From Harriotta raleighana (Eukaryota): a DNA stretch of 64,000 bases. Made by a program: the position numbers and the translations under genes. Each line of letters starts with the position of its first letter. Position 1 is the first letter of the stretch. The notes under the pieces were generated by a model. The model did not search any database, had not been told where the DNA came from, and worked only from the letters and a program-made list of their open reading frames with translations. The DNA is taken from the NCBI GenBank assembly GCA_050575255.1, contig JBNZDD010013714.1:9094708-9158707 (forward strand), given 5' to 3'. This document shows positions 57,401 through 64,000 of this stretch, in pieces.

Positions 57401-60400
57401 ACAGCAACTCTTGATCCATTATTCAAATCACAATTTTGTAGAGAAGTAACAAACAATATGTTTCTCTCATACTGAGGATGGCTTCTGGCATGGAATAGAC
57501 CATCTTCATCAAGTCCACTGACCTCCGTGGCTTTGGAGTTGATTAAGTCAAGGAACAAGATGGGTTTTGTTGGCAGTCTGCCAATCCCTTCAATTCCAAT
57601 GGCTCAAAAGCAGCAGCATGCATCTTAGCTAAAGCATCATTCATCAACCAGATCACAAGATCTTCCCACCAGAGAGAAAAGTAGACTATGTTTATATACT
57701 TGTGAAGGGGTGGGACAGAGTATAAAGTGAGAGCACATATTAAAATTGGAAAAGTGGGAGATGACATGGTAAGAAAAACAAGATGTGGAAAAATTTCAAT
57801 ATCATGGGAAAAATCAGTACATCAGAGTTTAATGTGATCTATATTTGTACCTTAATATCGGTTAAGTGCAAGATCTCAGGGAAGACAGTGATGTTGTTGG
57901 AGTGGACGACGAGGGTATGCAGCCGCTTGCAGCTGGTGATAGTGGTAGGAACGGCCTTCAGTTTGTTTCCACTTAAATTCAGCTCCTCTAACAGTTCCAA
58001 CTTTGTCAGCTTGCTGAAAGGGAAACAATGAAATTAATCAGTGGAATTGGATGGAATCAGAAACTTCCAATACTTTATATTGCATGTGACTTGCACCAAG
58101 GCAGATACTTAAAGACATCTTACAATTGAACTCCATGATAATTAGCACATTGATGCAGGAATGTTACAAACAGTTTGCAAGCAGAAAGATGCACCAATAC
58201 TAAAATGAAGATGACAGGGCTTAACTGAAGTAATGGAAAGTGGATTCACAGATGATCCTCCACATTAGGAGACACAATTATTTCCTTAAAGGTGCAAGCC
58301 TGTTCTGTACCACATCACCGGTAGATAGGGCTATTCCCAGATACCATTTATTTGAATTTAATAACAGATTCAGTAAAGCTACTCAAGTTAACCAGACCGT
58401 CTAGAGTCCCACTATTAGTCACCTGCCAATAGAATTGATGTAATATGAGATGACAGGTATTTCACTTAGTCTATGAATGAAGAACTTGCAAACATGGTCT
58501 TAAAATGAAGTTTAAGTAAGATAAGATATTGGAAAGAAATTTGAGCAACAGCAGATGAGTGGAACAAATTTTCAAGATAAGTAAAAATAATATAGTATCT
58601 TATCAAGTCAATGTGATGTCTCAAAGTGCTTCACAGAATATACTGGTAAAGTGGATTGACGGTGCAAAACATAGTTGCTTTTTTTCCCTAAAAATAATTA
58701 GATTTTGGGTGTGGATTGCACGTATATTCTACATAACCATGGGCAGTTATCAAGAGGCTGAAAAATTCACGGGCACGATTATGGGACTCAACTCTAGCTG
58801 TGAATAACCCTTCCTTCTATCCATCGAAAGCTTGAGTATTTTGTTCTGGCAGGCAAAGACAGGAATATTGGGTGGATGTGTACGAGTTGAGAAATTCTCC
58901 TTACCTGGCTGGAAATGACTGCAGTTGGTTGTAAGCCATATGAAGGACGCGAAGGCGAGGGTGCCCAGTCAACACTTGAACACACTTATCAGTCAGGTTG
59001 TTCCCTGTTAAATAAAGTTCCTGAAGCACGCTAAGACTCTCCTCAGTATCACTGCTGGGAGGCAATGATTCCAGATTGTTTGCAGACACATTAAGAATTC
59101 TTAGGCTTAAAAAGAACGCACACAAAATCATGAATGAATAAATTTCAGTGCAATTCACCAGAATTATCTCAGGTGATTAGATTCTAACATGACAATCATT
59201 TGCATTGCCACCCACTTTGCTCATTATGCTTTGAGACAGAGGTATTTGAGAAACAGAACATTATTCACATGTCGTGGCTAAAAATCATGACAGATAGATG
59301 TAAAATGCATGAACTAATTTCCTTTTACTCATCATTATAGTAAATAGATATATCTACTGTTAAAACCACATAGTTCACCCAATTACTTTTCAAATCAGAT
59401 GCTCAGAATGCAGCTAACAGTTACAGAATAGGCAAGTGCCTATTGATGTGACATAAGGCTATCAAAAAAGGCACAGTAGTAGCAAAAATGTCTTTACGAC
59501 ATAAGGTCTTAAATAACATGCTGTAGATGGCCTTTAACTATTGGACCATTACAACTTTAGCAATAGTTTGTAATCCTCCAAACTCCCACATGCAACTTCT
59601 GGTGGTATGTGCACCAATAGAAAATTGTGCAGTAAATGTCTCTCTCTTGCCACTTGGCTAAGGTTCATGGGAGACTATTAAGAACATAAGAATATAAGAA
59701 TTAGGAGCAGGAGTAGGCCATTTGGCCCTTCAAGCCTGGCCCCGCCATTCAATAAGATCATGGCTGATCTTCTGACCTAACTCTAATTACCTGCACTATC
59801 CCCATATCCCCTAATCACTCTATTTTAAAAAAATCTCTCAGTCTCAGCCTTGAAAATGTTCCAAGGACGGAGTATCTACAGCCTTCTGGGATAGTGAATT
59901 CCATAAATTCATTACCCTCTGAGTGAAGAAATGTTTTCTCAACTCTGTTCTAAAAGGCTGACCCTTAATTTTAAGACTGGTTATAGATTCTCCTACCAGG
60001 GAAACAGTCCCTCAGTGTCTACTTTATCCAGCCCTTTAAGAATCTTATATGTTTCAATAAGATTCCCCCCTAATTCTTCTGTACGCTAGAGAATACAGCC
60101 CTAGTTTATTCAACCTATCCTCATAGGTCAGTCCTCTCATCCCAGGAACTAACCTAGTGAATCTACGCTGCACCCCCTTTAAGGCAATTATGTCCTCTTT
60201 TAAATAAGGAAACCAAAACTGCACACAATACTCTAGGTGCGGTCTCAACAAGGCCCTATACAGTTGCAGCAAGACTTCCCTACTCTTCTACTCTAAACCT
60301 TTTGAAATGAACGCTAGCATGCCATTCTCCGCCTTAGTTGCTTGCACTATTAATGTATGAATGCATGCACTATACTTACTTCAAGGCCTTCAGGAACAGG

Positions 60401-63400
60401 CATTCTGGGAGCTCTGCTAATTGGTTGTGCTGAACATCGAAAACATCCAGAGGGGTATGATCCAGTTGGTTGGGGAGACTCTGAAGATGATTGTGTCCAA
60501 CAAACAGCTTTTGTAGGCTCAAACTGGACAGCAACCTGTGACAATCCATTGAATGAAGGGGACCACAGGGGGATTGAGAAAGCAGTATTGTACTTTTAGT
60601 ATGAAATAAAATCGAATTAAATTCTATATGAAGCTACAAACAAGACTGAGAATATGGAGTATATATTCACATTTTGTGATACCTACCTCACAGGTAATTC
60701 TGTAATCAAATTATGACTAAAATCCAACAATTCCAGTTTCTTGGTCTCACAAACCCAATCAGGTACAGATTCCAGTCTGTTCCTATGAAGGTAAAAATAA
60801 AATGGATTCAGATCTATCCATGCCTATCCTCATCTCCCACTACTATATGTACAGAACAAACTGCTCTGAACCTAATGTCTGCAGTGTCGCATATAGGACA
60901 CTATCAGATGCACAAAACCACTTCAGGATTCTTCACCTCCAAATGCTTGAGCTTTTAAATAGTTAATCAGGAATTACTTTTGGGGGGAAAATTGATGGTA
61001 CTATTTACAAAGTGATTTAACTAGACAATTGCTTGATTAAATTACATTTTATGATTAGGATTTACAAGAATTCCCAATTAAATTTATAATTGTAGCTCAT
61101 GAACTTGTATTAAACTTTCATTTCAATTTGGCTGCCGCGTTTCACCCACAAATATACAGTCAGTTTTCCTGCTCTCCTTCTCCCTACCCCGACCCCTCCC
61201 CTTACCCTCTTTCCCCCCTTTCTCCCCTAACCCCACTTCCATGACTATTTGTAGGACACTATTGTGCGTAATTTGGCTGCCACGTTTCGCCCACAAATAT
61301 ACAGTCAATTTACCTACTCTCCTTCCCCTTACCCCAACCCCTCCACCCCTCCTCTGACTGTTCAGCACCTTGGGATGTCCTCCCGCTGTGAAAGATGCTA
61401 TATAAATGTAATTTGGATTGATTTTTTGATTAATTACTTGTACAGGTACACATATATGTCTACCTACCTTGAGAGATCAAGGTGGACCAGTTGACCAGGA
61501 AGTGGGTAGACACTTAGTGTTGTCAACCCTGAATAAGATATCCAAAACAAGGTTTAAAACAAAAAAGTATCAAAATTCAATAAGAATCTAAATTGAACAC
61601 AGTTATGCTGTTACTGTTGATTGGAGTAGCTGGGATTACTGATTTTTTAAACCACAAAATGTTATAGAAAATATTGAATCCGCTAAGCACTGAGCGCACA
61701 GTCCAAGAATTCGAACCAAAGAAAATTATTGGGATTAAATAAATGACAAATAGAAACATCAATAGCAAAGCTCTGAAATCTCTAAGGTGAAATTTTTTTT
61801 AAAAAATATTGACTTACGGTTGGAGCCAGCATACAGTGCTCTCAAAGAGAAACCACTTAGCGTGAGGGTGGTCAGATTGTTGCGTTCACAGTGCAGTTGT
61901 TCAATACCTCCAACTACACTTAAATCAAGTTCAGTCAACAGATTATCCCGCAGATCCAGGCTAGTTATGTGATTGATTGCCGCTAGGTTCTCCATCACTA
62001 CTGAACGAATTGAATTCAGTCTAACAGGCACAACAAGAAACAATTAGAGATTAGTAGCATCTTCCAATGAATGGGGACTCGGCACAGTCAAGTGGCCAGA
62101 AACACCCAGTTTCTAAACAGTCTTTACTGATTCCATTTACAGCAAAGGATGACACCTACTCAAAAATACAAATAGGCAAATAAAGAAATAATGCTGAAAT
62201 TGCACAGCATGTTGATGGCTAGCTGAAAGTGAATACAGGCGGTCCTCAAGTTACGTCAGGGTTAGGTTCCTAAAATGTGGTGTAAGTCGAATTTGTATGT
62301 AAGTCGAGTCACCCCCCTATAATGCTTACAGTAACATACAGTGATTGGTTGTAGTGTATAGTGAGCTGCCCTCTCTCCCCTGCACCCCTCCTAATATGTA
62401 CAGTACTGTAAATAAAATAAAATATTACTATACTTACATGGCTTCATTGTGAGTCTGGCACTCGATGTAGCGCAACGCAGGAGATCACACGCGATGTAGC
62501 GCAACGCAGATCACATGTGACGTAGCGCAACGCAGATCACGCGTGACGTAGCGCAACGCAGATCACACGTGACGTAGCGCAGTCTAAAGGCTGGAGAGTA
62601 CTGTACCGCCGAGCTCACAGACTCACACAGTACCTGTACAGTACACACTCGCGTCTCGCCTCCATCCTGTTCCTGTCCTGAACGCGTATCGTGGTCCCGT
62701 AAGTGTTGAGAGCGGCGACTCCAGTTTTCTATCGCGCGTGGGGCAACTAAAGTATTTACATAGTAGTGTCGTAACTTCGAGAACTTGGATGTAACTCGGA
62801 CGTAATTTTACTGATTTTCAGTGTCGTAACTTCGAATTGTCGTACCTCGAAACGTCGTAACTAGAGGACTGCCTGTACTGCCTTAATGCTTTGGATGCTA
62901 ATTGATTTTTTACTTCTGATGACACTTAGTTACAGTAAGGAAACAGTCAATTCAGCCCAACTATTACTGCCAATGTTTGGATGCCACAAGAAACTCCAGC
63001 TGTTACTGGATATGCTGCAGTTTGGAAACAAACAATCCTTTCCTACTTGTAAAATGTGGGCTGCACAGAATAGGTTTGGGAAGGAGTTCAAAATCCATCA
63101 AGTGTGAGTAACAGACAGCTGGGAGAGCAGTCCTGACATCTACTGGTTATTGAGAATATTTCATTCAGTTAATTGTTTACAAAGAGTTATCCATCCATGA
63201 CATTAATTATGTATGCAAAACTTGAGAGCCATCATAAAGCATTCTAAACGTGCACATTCCTTCATGGCTTTTCTAATAAATGCAGGATATTATTCCAATG
63301 TTTCATAGCTCTGAGATACTACCCTGTGTGAAAGGTACTGTATAAATGTAAATTGTTGTAGCTGTAGTAAATCTAGTAAATTAAAAAAAATCTAAAACTA

Positions 63401-63772
63401 ATCTAAAACTAAATATGAAATATTAATGAATACTGGAGTTAAATGTTGTATTGAACACAACTACACACAAAAGAAGAAAAATAACATGCAGATTGGTACT
63501 GCGCATTTGTAAAGCTGGTGTTACAGTACAATGCTTCTTGCCTTAGATCCACATGTTTGATTTGTGTCATTTCTCCCAATGTTTCCAATGTCAATATCTG
63601 TAAGTGGTTTCCAGCCATACTAATCTTCTCCATGGCTACTAGTATGACACAGACTGCTGGAATTGCTGTGAAATCATTGAAGGACAAGCCAAGGTGTGTG
63701 AGCTGCTGCAAATTTCCCAGTTCAGAAGGCAAGTTCTGAAGGCAATTTCCATCTAAAATAAATGTTTGAAGG
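53306..63772 (-). CDS. PHLPP2: PH domain leucine-rich repeat protein phosphatase 2, 3' part (12 coding exons: LRRs, PP2C-like domain, PDZ-binding C-terminus); 5' end lies beyond the window
   Basis: LRR exons; PP2C-like motifs ([31 protein letters not shown]); C-terminus YDTAL is PHLPP2-type; tail-to-tail with MARVELD3 as in human. Confidence 0.95.
54771..55002 (-). CDS. PHLPP2: PHLPP2 PP2C exon ([12 protein letters not shown]...KAIITE)
   Basis: ttacag|A...GAG|gtaggc; 232 nt. Confidence 0.93.
55088..55282 (-). CDS. PHLPP2: PHLPP2 PP2C exon (LCLSVLALD...FLVSHR)
   Basis: ttctag|A...AG|gtgaga; 195 nt, followed by an 85-nt intron. Confidence 0.93.
55320..55630 (-). mobile_element. Older SacSINE-type Deu SINE, diverged
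   Basis: ggtttaacatctcatccaaag core shared with the copy at 8230-8250. Confidence 0.7.
55673..55786 (-). CDS. PHLPP2: PHLPP2 exon ([10 protein letters not shown]...[14 protein letters not shown])
   Basis: ttacag|T...AA|gttagt; 114 nt. Confidence 0.92.
56523..56640 (+). mobile_element. tRNA-like SINE head of a third, older family
   Basis: tggcatagtggg (A box) ... ccaggttcgattcctgg (B box within a T-arm-like stem). Confidence 0.55.
56926..57056 (-). CDS. PHLPP2: PHLPP2 LRR exon ([13 protein letters not shown]...LEIF)
   Basis: ttttag|CTG...AG|gtagat; 131 nt. Confidence 0.92.
57851..58013 (-). CDS. PHLPP2: PHLPP2 LRR exon ([18 protein letters not shown]...TDIK)
   Basis: tttcag|C...AAG|gtacaa; 163 nt. 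Confidence 0.92.
58905..59105 (-). CDS. PHLPP2: PHLPP2 LRR exon ([15 protein letters not shown]...QSFPA)
   Basis: tttaag|C...AG|gtaagg; 201 nt. Confidence 0.93.
59679..60346 (-). mobile_element. CR1-clade LINE 3' fragment including 3' UTR and tail
   Basis: [17 protein letters not shown]; 3' end aagaacataagaatataagaattaggagcaggagtaggccatt, typical of chondrichthyan CR1; near-identical to 36495-36800. Confidence 0.92.
60380..60535 (-). CDS. PHLPP2: PHLPP2 LRR exon ([21 protein letters not shown]...LKALN)
   Basis: tcacag|G...AA|gtaagt; 156 nt. Confidence 0.92.
60687..60782 (-). CDS. PHLPP2: PHLPP2 LRR exon ([17 protein letters not shown]...ELPVR)
   Basis: tcatag|G...AG|gtaggt; 96 nt. Confidence 0.92.
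61124..61432 (+). mobile_element. 5'-truncated copy of the same dimeric Deu/L2-tail element
   Basis: Same spacer (ttttcctgctctcctt..cctaccccgac...taaccccacttccatgact) and same tail as the reverse complement of 975-1350. Confidence 0.8.
61468..61528 (-). CDS. PHLPP2: PHLPP2 LRR exon ([20 protein letters not shown])
   Basis: attcag|GG...AG|gtaggt; 61 nt. Confidence 0.92.
61818..62020 (-). CDS. PHLPP2: PHLPP2 LRR exon (LNSIRSVV...YAGSN)
   Basis: tgttag|A...AACC|gtaagt; 203 nt. Confidence 0.92.
62236..62875. mobile_element. pogo/Tigger-like MITE, 640 bp, with TA TSD
   Basis: TA|CAGGCGGTCCTCAAGTTACG ... CGTAACTAGAGGACTGCCTG|TA; repeated subterminal gtcgtaac motifs. Confidence 0.85.
62464..62581 (+). 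repeat. 26-bp tandem repeat, about 4.5 copies (gacgtagcgcaacgcagatcacgcgt), inside the MITE
   Basis: Directly visible head-to-tail units. Confidence 0.9.
63542..63772 (-). CDS. PHLPP2: PHLPP2 LRR exon (LQTFILDGN...KHVDLR), GC donor
   Basis: gtatag|C...CTAAG|gcaaga; 231 nt, phase 2-2. Confidence 0.88.
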
Positions 63773-64000
63773 CTATACACGAAAGGGGAAGACAATAAAC
63801 ACATTGTAATTCACAATTCTCAAAATAGTCACTGCTGTATGTTCTGCTTACAAAAGCACTTTTGTTTAAAAGATCACATCTTCAAGTCAAATCGTCAACC
63901 GTTGGGTTGCAAAAGGAAAATAATAAAGTTATCCCAAGATTTGTTGAGCGAGGTCTTATATTGGCCACCTTGGGACAAAATAAATGTATAACAAGGAATA

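Noticed and set aside
62464-62581. CRISPR-like short repeats
   Set aside because: Units are head-to-tail without unique spacers, lie inside a MITE, and the DNA is eukaryotic with no cas genes.

Overview
This is AT-rich vertebrate genomic DNA. The repeats (a young tRNA/Deu-domain/L2-tail SINE, SacSINE-like SINEs, shark-type CR1 and a Penelope-type hairpin) point to a cartilaginous fish, probably a holocephalan such as a chimaera; that assignment is inference. I reconstructed four protein-coding genes by hand, checking splice sites and reading phase. (1) CEP89, complete, minus strand, 20 coding exons, 35453->2897, about 906 aa. (2) An RNF182-like RING/transmembrane E3 ligase (+, 12831-13556, one coding exon) nested antisense in the 10.7-kb CEP89 intron 18. 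(3) MARVELD3 (+, 39855-45068), with two alternative terminal MARVEL-domain exons. (4) The 3' 12 coding exons of PHLPP2 (-, 63772->53306), including a GC-AG intron. The most unusual item is at about 975-2170: a CpG-rich, frameshifted histone H2B-derived segment joined to a dimeric Deu-domain/L2-tailed retroelement body, whose 3' part recurs at 61124-61432. This is a candidate histone-carrying retroposon. Other notable items are a Penelope-type hairpin with a degenerate hammerhead ribozyme core, an RFX X-box upstream of CEP89, and a pogo/Tigger-like MITE with 26-bp internal repeats. Gene names come from remembered human protein sequences, not database searches.
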